This document shows, piece by piece, positions 46,910 through 58,642 of a DNA stretch of 64,000 bases. The notes below the pieces were generated by a model that was not told where the DNA came from, ran no database searches, and worked only from the letters and a program-made list of their open reading frames with translations. How positions within the stretch are numbered: the stretch's first letter is position 1; every line of letters starts with the position of its first letter. This DNA is from Amphiscolops sp. MND2022 (Eukaryota). The position numbers and the translations under genes are program-made. Location of the stretch: assembly GCA_964187785.1 (NCBI GenBank), contig OZ076420.1:17050001-17114000 (forward strand), read 5' to 3'.

Positions 46910-49900
46910 CTGAAATTTAACGCTTCGCTATCTCTGAACGCTCATAGGCTCAATTATAAAAAAGTGAAAGATTGTCTGTTCTGGTTATAAATAGTTAAGG
47001 GTAATTGACGAAGTATTGATGCCAATTAGCTGTTTGACTGTGGGTTATCTTTAGCTTGTAGAACGATAAAGCTATAAAAGTCTTTCACAGTTTTGTAGAC
47101 TATGAAGGCTTTGATAAGTCACACGAGTTTCGTATTTCTAGACGTGGTCTTAGAACCACCGCGATCATAGCGATCTTACATGGAATAAGTAATTGTCTTG
47201 TTTTATACCATGAGACCCGAATCTGTAATAAATCAAATGAGTTCAGCCTAATAATATTGGTAATCCAAGTTCGTTCGATCGATATATACACACTGAAGAT
47301 TGTGCCCATGGTATATTAGCTCAATTTAGTCTTTCCATCTGGGTCAATGAAAGCGTATAAACAGAGAATACGAAATGAACAAACTATAAGTGTACAGCTC
47401 ATATTGAGTTTCAAGTCTCACCTCGTCCTTTATAGTATCAGAATTTATTTTGGAACTCAGTCTCGAACATCCTGTCTATGATGTAATGTTGTGTTTACCC
47501 GACTTAATTGAGAATGAGTCAGTAAGTTTGATGTTGATGGCACTGTGGGGGTGGGGTTTTGGGGTTGTCTTGAAATACTAAAATTTAGAGAACAACAAAC
47601 AGCGCTTTACGTTTTGGGTCGGAAAGTTACAAAAGATATGTCATTTTTCATCTTTTCAAATTTGTCGCCTTTGATTTTTAATGACATACCCATCAAAGAT
47701 TTGGTCGCTAACAATTTTGCCTCTTTTCTCTGAATTTGTTCGAATTGCTCTGAGAAATCTATCCGGATTTGAAGCAAATTTTTATAAAGACCCATATATC
47801 GTGAAATTCATGCATAAATAGATCATTTATTTGGAAGTTGTTACAGTAGTTAAAAAGTCTGAATGGGTTGATATCATGATCAAATTAATGTCATACGAAT
47901 GAAAGTTCATCTTTTGGAACATCGAAATGAATTCAACAGTTAGCGAAAAGGCTTATAATCGCAGATCTCGTTTTGACTCATTTCTAAGACACTTCTTAGA
48001 GCAGTTCGCCAATTTTTTTTCTCAAACTGGCTTTTCAGGATAAGTTCATGTAAATAAAAGACTCTCTGCTGTTGTTCATTGAATGTTTTGAATTTCCTGA
48101 TCCCATTTTAGTAGGCGCTTCCGTTAACAAAAACGCAGATTGTAGAAGTGGCTCTGAAGCAGAAATGCGAACTGACAGATTTTTTAAATCTATAACTTTA
48201 TCGTTCGTTGTAACGCCACTTTAATTGCCGCTTGGTTCATTGGTTAGCACAGCTATCTATGCACAGTGACTGGGAAGCAGGATTTCCGGGAGTTCGAATC
48301 CGGCTCTGGTATATGCTTTTTATTTGCAAAGCCAGACCAGGCCATAGACGCTATTATTTTTCTGTTGTAAAATTTTTCTTTTCACCAAAGAGTCTTTTGA
48401 GTTTTCTGACGGTTTCAGCAAAGAAAAAACGTTTTACGAGCCTTTTACAAGCATTTGGCAAGCCTCTTTAGGTTTTTCAACTCTGTTAAGTTTTCGAATT
48501 TTATCCCCTTAATTTTGTTTTTTTGTTAATTTTGATTCAAGTCTTTTTCGAGTTCCAAAACGATTATCGTTTTTCTGCACTCTGCGACTTCTGACGAAAA
48601 AAAAACAAAATAGCGTTTCTGGATATTTTCAGCTAGGGAAATGGTCTCTAAAAGCTCCTTGGGCATTTCTGGTACTGTGATGTTGAGTATCTTTGCACAT
48701 GACGAAGTCAATGTGCATTGCAGTCCAGCTAAGTAAGTTTTTTTTCCACTATAGTCAACTTCATAATGAGCGCCTTTTAGAAAAAAGCCAAAACCCCAGA
48801 GAGATTCGAACCTGCAGCCTCCCGATTGCACGGCATAAGTGTTGACCACTGTGTCATAGTGACGTTATTGAACAAAGTTGAACTGTTGAATATATACGCA
48901 TGCGATTGAATATATACGATTTTTCGGCATTCGTCTAGCCAACTGCGCCACGAAAACCAAACGAAAGAACAAATAAAACGATATAATGAATTTTAATTGA
49001 AAATTTTTTATCAAATATATAACAACTAACTAAGAGTCTATCGAAGCGTGATAAAACCGGACGCCTATTGGAGAGGTCATTTTTAGTTTGCTGGATGGTA
49101 ACAACGTAGAGCTATCTTTAAAATAATCGATATCTTCGTCATGTGTTGCGAAGCACCGCTTCGCCTCTGTGTTAAAAGACTCTGCTCTCTTTGATCCTTG
49201 GGCCTTGGCGCTGACTTGTTCTCTCCCCGGCTCGTATATAACAGGCTCGAGAAACGATTTCTAATTGGACGAAATCTCTAATTTTCGGCTGCGGAAAATC
49301 TTTTGAATAACGAAAACTATCGAAACATTTTCACAACTGAAAAATGATTTTGAAAATCAGTTGGTATTTTCAAGAAAACCGGTCAACCCCACTTCTTTAG
49401 TTCACGCTTTCAGTTAATTAAAATCGCCAGAAATTGGTCAATTGTTTTTATTTCTTCAAGACGAATGCGACGAAACTGATTAGGCGGCCGAAGTAAAGTT
49501 TTGTTCATTTGCTCGAGTTGTAACGTGTGTCTGTGAAAAATGTCACCGGTACTGATTTCTTTTGACAGTTTTTCCGAGAAAAGTTTGTTCCATTCAAAGT
49601 TATTGAATTTTGTTATAAAGAATGAATTGGTTTAACGTGCTCAATTCCGAAGTAATGACCAAAAAGTAATTGAAATACAATTGTGGAATTGAAATTTTAA
49701 AATTAGTGTTACTAATGATTTTCAAATTGCTAAGAATAGAGAGTAAGAGAAGAAGCTTTTTGCTGGTTGTCGCACAGAATCTTTTCTGTAGCATTTGGCG
49801 AATGAATGCCAGTCAGCTTGCCCGAAGCAGCCAGCATTACAACTGGGACATGTAACTTCGTAATTCACGACTCCTGAGCATTGCTACGTGTGTTTCGAGC

Positions 49901-50139
49901 CCGGGCATGCACGTCATCAGATTCCACGGGGTCACCTCAGGTTATATTCCGTTGGACGTCAGTATCTTGGCTAACTCATTCGTTGGAGTGCCTCGATATT
50001 GTAGAGCTTTTCCATGGGTTCTTTCCTGGGTGCTTTCAATTTTTTAAAATTCACGATGAGGTCTCTGCTTTGGTTGTTTTGATTTTTTTTTCAGTTATGA
50101 CATTCTTTTTGTGTCATGGTGCTCAACCGTTTCGTTTTT

Positions 50140-50534
50140 TATTATTTCTGCGATAGCAGGAATATAATTGAAATCTCAAGATGCCTACTTTTTCAGTAAA
50201 ATTTTTGTCGTGATACTGAATAATTCAGATATATTGCTTGGCAGTGAGTATAAGCGTGAGATTTTCTCAAGCTACCGACAATTCGTTTCTCCTACGAACG
50301 AACGAGCGAGTGGTAATTATGCATTCGTACGCTGAGGTCATTGAGATGAATCGAGCGAATGTTCGTAATTATGCTATCGTACGCCGAGTTATTGAAATGA
50401 AGGCGGTATAAACTGGTACAGTGATAAATTGTGCGCTAAATAATGATTAAACAGGTGTGTATTGGTATTCTAGATATGATTCTATTATTAATGAAAGATT
50501 AAAGCAGAAATTGTGTGCTCCGGAGGGGCCTATT
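50140..50534 (+). mobile_element. HINE-like family 2 element (internally deleted)
   Basis: Starts TATTATTTCTGC, ends GCAGAAAT...GCTCCGGAGGGGCC; homologous to 55365-56351. Confidence 0.7.
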
Positions 50535-53042
50535 TTGGCAATGCGCGACTTTCTTTGGGTGGTTTTTCAAAAATGGTTCAAATTAGAAAAAAGTCTTCTG
50601 GATATCAGGGTTCTTCATTTGAACATTTTAAAACTATAACAGTATGTTATGTTGCTATTTCGGTTGGTTCCGAAAGGCGATCAGCTAGTTTCTGGAGTTT
50701 TTGGTAAGGACTTATCAACCTCTCGCAAACATTGCAATATCCAACAAAATGAAGACTGACTAACGATTTATTGGGGGTTAATGATACAAGTGACTTCGGC
50801 GATTGGAACGAATATCCTGTTGCTTTGGTAGGTAGAGGCCAGAATTCTCAAAATATGGCCAATTTGTTCATCCGTGCGATACTGAGTTTGACATGGCAAT
50901 GTTGGTTGGTGAAATTCAAACACTGATTCAGGTATCGTTGCATAAGTTGAAACTATTTTTTGAAATAGTGTAAAAATGGGCTTCTATGCTTTCGTTTTGA
51001 AATAGCCGTTTTTTAAATAGTCACTCAACTTTTTTATCCAGGACGAACGAATGCGACCTAGACGGAAAGCGTGGGCCGACTAGCAAGGTCGATAGTCTTA
51101 TATTGTTTGTGCGCTCGCTTCCGAAACGAACTGAATTGAACTAGATCAATTGAATTGATGGATAATTCTATTGTAACTAAATAGCATAATTTCTTTGTGA
51201 TATAACGTGAATAGTTCGGATTTAGCGCTTTTACTTGTTTTTTAGTCGGGAAAAGTGCCCGACTCTTACAGTGGCTAGTTTTTAGTCGGCGCATTTTCCT
51301 TTAAGGAAAAAAGCCCGACTATTACAGTGGCTAGTTTTTTTTTCTTTTTTTTTCGTCAGACCACAGAGCTCATCGCGTATGTACCACTTTTTACAGAAAC
51401 TGATAAGTTCACTCAGGCCAGTTCGACCAATGCAAACTTACTGCAAAGGGTCCCCCCTTTCGTTTTTTACCTTTTTTACGTAACCTACAAAACCGGAAGA
51501 CTCCAAAAGGTCCCCCCTTTCAATTTTTTTTCGGCACTGTGCGAATTTTTTTTTCGAAAATTTTTAATTTTTCAAAAGAGTCCCTCTTTCGGATTTTCTG
51601 ATATTTTGCAACAAAAAGTATGTTAATGAATCCCAAAGGGTCCCCCCTTTTCATTTTTCGGCACTATGCGACGTTTTCGAAGTTTTTTCAAAAAAAATTC
51701 AAAAAATTTTTTTTTTTGTTTCCAGTCGAGTCGGGAAAAGTGATTTTCCAGTCATATCGAGCATCAAAGGCACACTTTGGGTGTCTCGAAAGTGTTTTCA
51801 AAGCTTTTCATGAATACATCCTGGGCATATTTAGAAAACTCTGAGCTTTTTGAGCCTTAGATATAGCGCCGACTTTAGACGTTCCCGTCTTGTTTTTTTT
51901 TCGTCAGACCACAGACCTCATCGCGTATGTACCACTTTTTACAGACTTCACTCTCGCTCACATGTACTGGTCAGTACTCGGTTTACGGTGAACCCAGCGG
52001 TCACGGGTTCGAGTCCTTGCTTTAGCCAGAAACTTTTTCGAGCAATTTTTTCCGGCACTGTGCGACTCTTTCAATTTTTTTTCGGCACTGTGCGACTCTT
52101 TCAATTTTTTTTTCGGCACTGTGCTACTTTTTTCGAATTTTTTTGTCGCCAAAGGGTCCCTCCTTCAAGTTTTTTGATATTTTGCAGCAAACTGAAGTTT
52201 CAAAAAGCCCAAAGGGTCCCCCTTTCTAGTTTTTCGGCACTATGAGACTGTTTCAAAAATCTCATTTTTCGTTTTCGAAATTTTTTCCAAAAAATTTTTT
52301 ATATATTTTAAATGTCTCCAAAGGGTCCCCCTCAACTTTTTTGATATTTTGCAACAGACTGGATTTTCAAAAAGTCGAAAGGGTCCCCCTTTAACAAATT
52401 TAAAAAATTGCGCTTTTTTGAGCCTTAGATATAGCGCCGACTTTAGACGTTCCCGTCTTGTTTTTATCTGCAATTTGCCGAGCAGGAATTGAGGGCTCGA
52501 ATTTAATCAACGCTTAACCTATGATCTTGAAATCTGAAATTGAACTATTTCAATAACTTATGTAGCGCAGGTATAATGCTTCGGATATAACGTATCTTAT
52601 TGTCATGATAAAAAACTTCACGAAAGTGAAATAACATCAAGTACATTGTGTCGCGCCATGACGTATTCGGTTGTAACGGTTTTCAGCACTATGCGACAAA
52701 TTATTTTGATTATTTCACCTGATGAAACCACCAATTGTTCGTTTTCCTGATATTTTCAAAAGACGGCGGAATTCAAGGGGTGTCAGGTCAAAATACTGCA
52801 AGTCGAAATACCAGAGGTCGAAAGACCATAGGTCATAAAACCACAGAGTCAAATTACCAGACGGTCAAAATACCAGAGGATTAGGAAACCAAGTAACGTA
52901 CCACGTGAAGTATGATTACTGTTTCTTTCTAATACCGTAAATAAAAGACTCATTTAGAGCTAGATTGTTCATTTCTAACTATTGCAACTAATGTCTACGA
53001 GTTGATAAACATAAATTAGTAAATGGTCCCTTTCTTGATATG

Positions 53043-53520
53043 CTGGGGTGTGGAACCGTACGGGTTGAATTGAAATTACGGTTTACGGGTTATCGTCTAC
53101 GGTTTACGGTTTCAAATTACGGTTTGAAAAAAAAACACGTTTGCTTCAGAAATATATGAATTTCTTCACCAAAAATCTTTATCAATGCCTATCATTATCT
53201 TCCTTGCTCCAAAATGGCAAATAAGAGAACTCCCTCTGCAAATTATAGGGTAAAAATATAATGTTTTCAAGTATATCATCCCGTAAGGACGCTCGTATTT
53301 GAGACTGAACAAATTTATGGCGACTGAAAACTCGCTCGACTGCCTCTTCACTGGTTGGAATTTGCTCCAAAATATTTAAAATTAAATCGTTAAATGTATG
53401 AAACATTTCGCTAGTATTTTTCAGAAATGTGCACGGTTCGCTTTTTTCACAACTACGGTTTACGGGTTACGGTTTAGCACGACGGGTTTCGGGCCACGGT
53501 CTGAAAATTCCACACCCCAG
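53043..53520 (-). mobile_element. hAT deletion derivative retaining the transposase dimerisation-domain remnant
   Basis: 13-bp perfect TIR CTGGGGTGTGGAA; 8-bp TSD TTGATATG; internal IPTSEEAVERVFSRHKFVQSQIRASLRDDILENIIFLPYN. Confidence 0.88.
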
Positions 53521-54455
53521 TTGATATGTCAATAACTAGTAATTGTAACACTTTCGATTCTGAAAGCACTGAGATCATTTTATACCGATATTTTTATTCA
53601 TTTCACCAAAACTTTATTTTTTTATCTGGTATTTTGACCGTCTAGTAATTTGACTTTGTGGTTTTATGACCTCTGGTATTAAGACCTGTAACCACCTCAA
53701 GGGTCGTTTCTTCTGAGTGCTTCGGCTTTCTGAGATTTTCTGGAAAAGAATGATCATAATATAAAATTTTACTTTTTTAGTCGGTTCATTTTGTATGAAG
53801 CACTATATATATTTCTCAATTTTCAAAACTTGCACCTGACCAAATCAAAAAGCCTGTGCTTTTCTTGTTCTAGATTCACGCCAGGTTTCGGCTGAAGCCG
53901 TTACCAGCTCCTTACCTTGCGACCAAAAGTGCATACTAAACGGAGTTCAATCGATACATCTCGGTCAGTTTCAAGTCATCGACGCCAACTCCCTTCAACA
54001 CCATTCCCCCCCTTCCCCCCTCCTCCGAAAAAAATTAGAGACATCGGAAAGTGGCGGCGAATTTATAAATATTCATTGACAGTCAGAAACAGTGTAACTT
54101 AATTTAAAGTTACATCGGAAATATTGTCCAAATTCAGTTGTTGCACCCGAAGAATTGTCCTGCTTAGTTTGTCCCGACTAGACTTTTGTCCCGCAGTTCA
54201 GGTGGTTCTGCGTTTGAACTCATGCGAAATGAACAAAAGCTTTCTAAAAAATCTTTGAAAAATATGTACTAAAGTCAGTTTTTTTTCGCATTTGATTCAT
54301 GACATTGACAGTTTTATGAGCCAAAGGTTTGTTAATTTGCTATTTACCTTTAGATGATTGAAAATTGGATGGAAGATTGTGAGAGGGACGATTAAAGCTG
54401 AAGGCTCAAAAATGACATGATTTCAGTTTTTGAATGATTCATTAATCCAGTAAAG

Positions 54456-57191
54456 ATGAGTTTAATGAAGAGGTTACAGAGACCGGCTCTGGTCTGGTGC
54501 AGATATTGTGCTGTTGGTTCTGCCCCCAAAAGTGCCCCGGAAGCCTCTCAGTCAGGGTACATCTCACCAGAGTCCATCAACCCAAACCTCACTGGAACCC
54601 CCCTGCCACCTCCCCAATTTGACAATCAGCCAGGCAGGGATGCTCAAAATGTGATCCATGGTCCAAAACTTTGACTTTGTTGCCACTGGAAAATAATTCA
54701 AGTTGAAATACCTAACTTCAAAAAAGTACTTTCAAAAAGTTTCAACGATTATAGTAGCCTCAAATTTGGGAATATTGGGAAATGTGAAACTTTGCCACTA
54801 AATACTATTCCGAAAAGGTATTTTTAAAAGAAATGCTGTGTCGAAATGGGCTCAGACGTGCATCTTTATGCAGCATTATACATTTTGCCAAAAATTGTCA
54901 TTTTGTGGAAAGTAAATCCTTATGACTTCTTGACCTCTCACCGCTTGTACAAGTTTTGAACAACCCTGACTACAGGTAAATCTTACTCACCCAAAGTAGA
55001 AGACCTAGTCGACAAAATAGCCAACTTGACCTTACTAGAGGTGGCTGACCTCAATGAATTGCTTAAGGTCAAACTGGGGTTACCTGATGTCACTATGGCT
55101 GCCCCGATGGCTGCTGGGGTTGCTCCGGCCGCCGCTCTTGCAGGTTGGTGTTACTGATATTCGTTTGATTGATCATTTTCAATTTTCGAATTTCGCAGTC
55201 CAAAAATGCCAAAGCTAAGGCTAATTGAAACGGTAAGATTTCAATGTGCAAACCAGCCTACAACCTTGAGAAGACCGCGATCTGAAATCAAACAGGCTTA
55301 ATTAGTGGTAACTATCCATGAAGTTATATTATTCTTTCAGGTTGTTTCCATTTCCATACATTTTTATTATTTCTGCGATAGCAGGAATATTATTGAAACC
55401 TCAAGATGTCTACTTTTTTTCAGTAAAATTCTTCGCATGACACTGAATAATTCAGATATTTTGTTCGGCAGTGACTATAAGCGTGAGACTTAAATTTCTC
55501 AAGCTGCCGACGACATTTCAATTCTCGTGCGATGGAACGAGCGAGTGGTCATTATGCATTGGTACGCTGACGTCATTGAGATGAAGCGAGCGATTGTTCG
55601 TAATTGTGCTTTCGTATGCTTTTCGAGTTATTGAGATGAAGCGAATGAGTGTTAATTATTCGTTCGCGGAGAGCTTCGCCTGCATGCGAATGCGAAACTT
55701 CGTTTACGCTTAGTAGTTATATTTGCTTTAGTCCGAGATTTAAAGGCGGTATAAACTGGTACAGTGCTTAATTGTGCGCTAAATAATGATTAAACAGGAG
55801 TGTTTTGGTATTCCAGATATGATTCTTTTATTAATGAAAGATTAAAGCAGAAATAATAGTGTGCCCCGGAGGGGCCTATTTTTATTATTTCTGCGATAGC
55901 AGGAATATTATTGAAATCTCAAGATGTCTACTTTTTTTCAGTACAATTCTTCGCACGATACTGAATAATTCAGATATTTGTTCGGCAATGACTATAAGCG
56001 TGAGAATTAAATTTCTCAAGCTGCCGACGACATTTCAATTCTCGTGCGATGGAACGAGCGAGTGGTAATTATGCATTCGTATGCTGGCGTCATTGAGATG
56101 AAGCGAATAAATGTTAATTATTCGTTCGTTGAGAACTTCGCCTGCATTCAAATGTGAATGCGAAACTTCGTCTACGCTTAGTAGTTGAATTTTCTTAGTC
56201 CGAGAAGAATTAAAGGCGGTGTAAACTTGTACAGTGATTAATTGTGACTAAATAATGATTAAACAGGAGTGTATTGGTATTCCAGATATGATTCTATTAT
56301 TAATGAAAGATTAAAGCAGAAATAGTAATGTGCCCCCGGAGGGGCCTATTTGTAAAACTAATTATGCTAACTTTTACTCCAGTTTTGATCACATTTTAGC
56401 TTCTTCATGAATAGTTACCATTAATTAAGCCTGTTTGGTTCAATACTAACCACTATAATGAAATAGCACCTTTAGTTTAGGCTGAAATTGCGGAAGGTTG
56501 AAGTGCAATAGTTTGAAACTGTGAGCGGTTGAAAATGCCTAAGACGAAACGAGGGATTCCTATGCAGAGTAGAAGAATTATGTGGGATCGAAAAGTTTGC
56601 AAAATTATCTAGGATCGAATTGTGACTTGATTTTGTCTATGATCGAAAAAGGTAAAAATTTCATAACCAAAACACCATTCTATACTGTCATGTAGCCAAT
56701 TTTGGTTGCTAAAATTATATTGAGATTATCATTTCCGATCCTATATAATTAGAACCCAATTGATTCGACTCGGGATAATTTGGTCTCAATTTTTGATTCT
56801 AAGTAATTCGACTCTGAAGAGGCAACTCGTGATGTGATTTAATGGTATTTTGTCTCGTGGTATTATGTCCTCTGGTATTTTGACCTGTAAGTTACCCATT
56901 GAATCGTTAATTACTACCTTCCAATGTTCAGGCGATCAAGACAGCGGCGCAAAGGAGGAAGAAAAGGCGGAAAAACTGGTGTTCAACGTGAAGCTGGTCA
57001 AGTTTGAGGCAGAAAACAAAGTGAAGTTAATCAAAGAAGTCAAGAGTCTCATAGAAGGAATGAATTTGGTCCAAGCAAAGAAGTTCGTCGAAGGAGTTCC
57101 CCAGATGCTCATGACCGATATTGGCAAAGAAGAGGCTGAGAAGATCAAAGCGAAAGTTGAAGCCGCGGGCGGAACTGTTGAAATCGAGTGA
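54456..57191 (+). CDS. MRPL12: Mitochondrial ribosomal protein L12 (bL12m); exons 54456-54633, 54976-55143, 56932-57191; ~201 aa
   Basis: Presequence-like N-terminus; YSPKVEDLVDKIANLTLLEVADLNELLK; C-terminal domain FNVKLVKF...KVKLIKEVK...MNLVQAKKFVE...EEAEKIKAKVEAAGGTVEIE. Intron 1 is best modelled GC-AG, intron 2 GT-AG. Confidence 0.92.
55365..56351 (+). mobile_element. Two head-to-tail HINE-like family 2 elements in MRPL12 intron 2
   Basis: Perfect 12-bp subTIR TATTATTTCTGC (55365) / GCAGAAATAATA (55847), then hairpin GCCCCGGAGGGGC; the second unit starts at 55883. Confidence 0.8.
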
Positions 57192-57520
57192 AAAACTTTA
57201 AAGAGCAGTAAATTTTCAATAAATCGCCTGTCTATATTTTCTTCAGCGATATTGTTTTTGCAAAATTGGATTTTTGAAGTGATTTCTATTCGTTGTCAAA
57301 AGGTCTCAAAAATTGCTCGTTTGAAATTTCTTCCATATGACTGCAATTCCGATGTTTCAGATTCCATGGAATTAAATAAAAGGAGTATATGTACCAAGTC
57401 TTGATGTTTCAAGACGTATATGATTGCTTTTGCTTCAACTCAGCAACTGCTTGATTGAGCAGCGTTGTGTCGTTTCTATTCGCCACATGTTTCAAATTCT
57501 CAACCAATCAAAATTCACTA

Positions 57521-58642
57521 ATGCCCGTTGACTGTGGGGACCTAGAATGTCTGAGAGTTCTAATTCTGGGAGCTGCTCTAGTTGATTATACCATCGAGGT
57601 ACCCCAATCTCTGCTGTTGAAGCATAATCTGGAGAAAAATGCAATTTACAACCTATCGATTTCTCCCGAATTGAGAACTGCAGTCAAAGAGGCTTTAGAT
57701 ATCAATCCTGAGAAGGTGCTGAAAACTCCCGGAGGCACCGCGTCCAATACAGCCCGTTTCTTCCGATGGTTAGAAAAGCAACAGGGTCAAAAACTGAAAA
57801 TAACCGAAGCCGGAAATAGCGTTGATTCATTGGTCAATTTCATTGGTGTGGTTGGAGCCGACGAAGATGCTGATTGGTTGAAACGAGTGGCCAATCAGGA
57901 AAAGCTTCGCTGCGCGTGGGTAATCAATAAAAGTGAAGTCACGGGGAAATGCTTTGCCTTGATTTGTGGAACTAACCGGTGCCTTATATCCGAAGGAGGG
58001 GCTAATGATTTTGATCAAGAGCGATTCTTTTCGCAACAAATTCAAAATATTCTAAGCCAATCAGATTGTCTTTATACAAGCGCATATCTATTTCTCCATG
58101 AGTCATCATTTGCTTCGGTGCTAGAAATTGCCAGTAGTTTTAGAAAAAATTCCAAATTAGTGTTTGTGAACTTGGCGTCCCATAAAGCCTTCCAAAATGA
58201 AATGTTTGCCAAACGTGTCAAACAGGTTTTGAGCTTGTGCGACTTTGTGATTGGTAATGATTCTGAATTCGCTGCCTTATTCGGTGAAGAGCTTGCAGTA
58301 AACTCTTCTACAATTGAAAAAACGGTGCTAAAGTTTTTGGAAACTGAAAGTATTAGCTTCAAGATTCTGACTTTTGTTATTACCAAAGGTGCTTTAGAAA
58401 CCATTGTTGTTCGGATCGAACGTTCACCTAACGGTGACCCAGTGATCACAGTGCAGTCTTTTGAGGTCGATGAGATCCCGAGTGATCAAATTAAGGATAC
58501 CTCAGGTGCAGGCGATGCATTCATGGCGGGGTTTTTGTTCGGTGTTTCCAGGAAACTTGAAATGTCGCAAGTCATCAAACTGGCTCACGATACCGCGTCA
58601 TTTTGTATAGGATGTACTGGTGCTTCTATCAATAATATCTAA
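57521..58642 (+). CDS. Adenosine-kinase-like PfkB family carbohydrate kinase, single coding exon, 373 aa from ATG 57521
   Basis: GAALVD, PGGTASN, GVVGAD, TGKCFALICGTNRCLI, GNDSEF, VITKG, DTSGAGDAFMAGFL (PfkB signature). Divergent from canonical ADK, so no symbol given. Confidence 0.88.
   Translation: MPVDCGDLECLRVLILGAALVDYTIEVPQSLLLKHNLEKNAIYNLSISPELRTAVKEALDINPEKVLKTPGGTASNTARFFRWLEKQQGQKLKITEAGNSVDSLVNFIGVVGADEDADWLKRVANQEKLRCAWVINKSEVTGKCFALICGTNRCLISEGGANDFDQERFFSQQIQNILSQSDCLYTSAYLFLHESSFASVLEIASSFRKNSKLVFVNLASHKAFQNEMFAKRVKQVLSLCDFVIGNDSEFAALFGEELAVNSSTIEKTVLKFLETESISFKILTFVITKGALETIVVRIERSPNGDPVITVQSFEVDEIPSDQIKDTSGAGDAFMAGFLFGVSRKLEMSQVIKLAHDTASFCIGCTGASINNI

Noticed and set aside
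47100-48110. Short minus-strand ORFs as upstream exons of the membrane protein or as a transposase
   Set aside because: Multiple stops in every frame and no diagnostic motifs; cannot be assigned.
51850-52473. Phe/Lys-rich ORFs in the ORF track (also 17855-18245, 20341-20737, 46120-46639)
   Set aside because: They are translations of HINE internal repeats, not genes.
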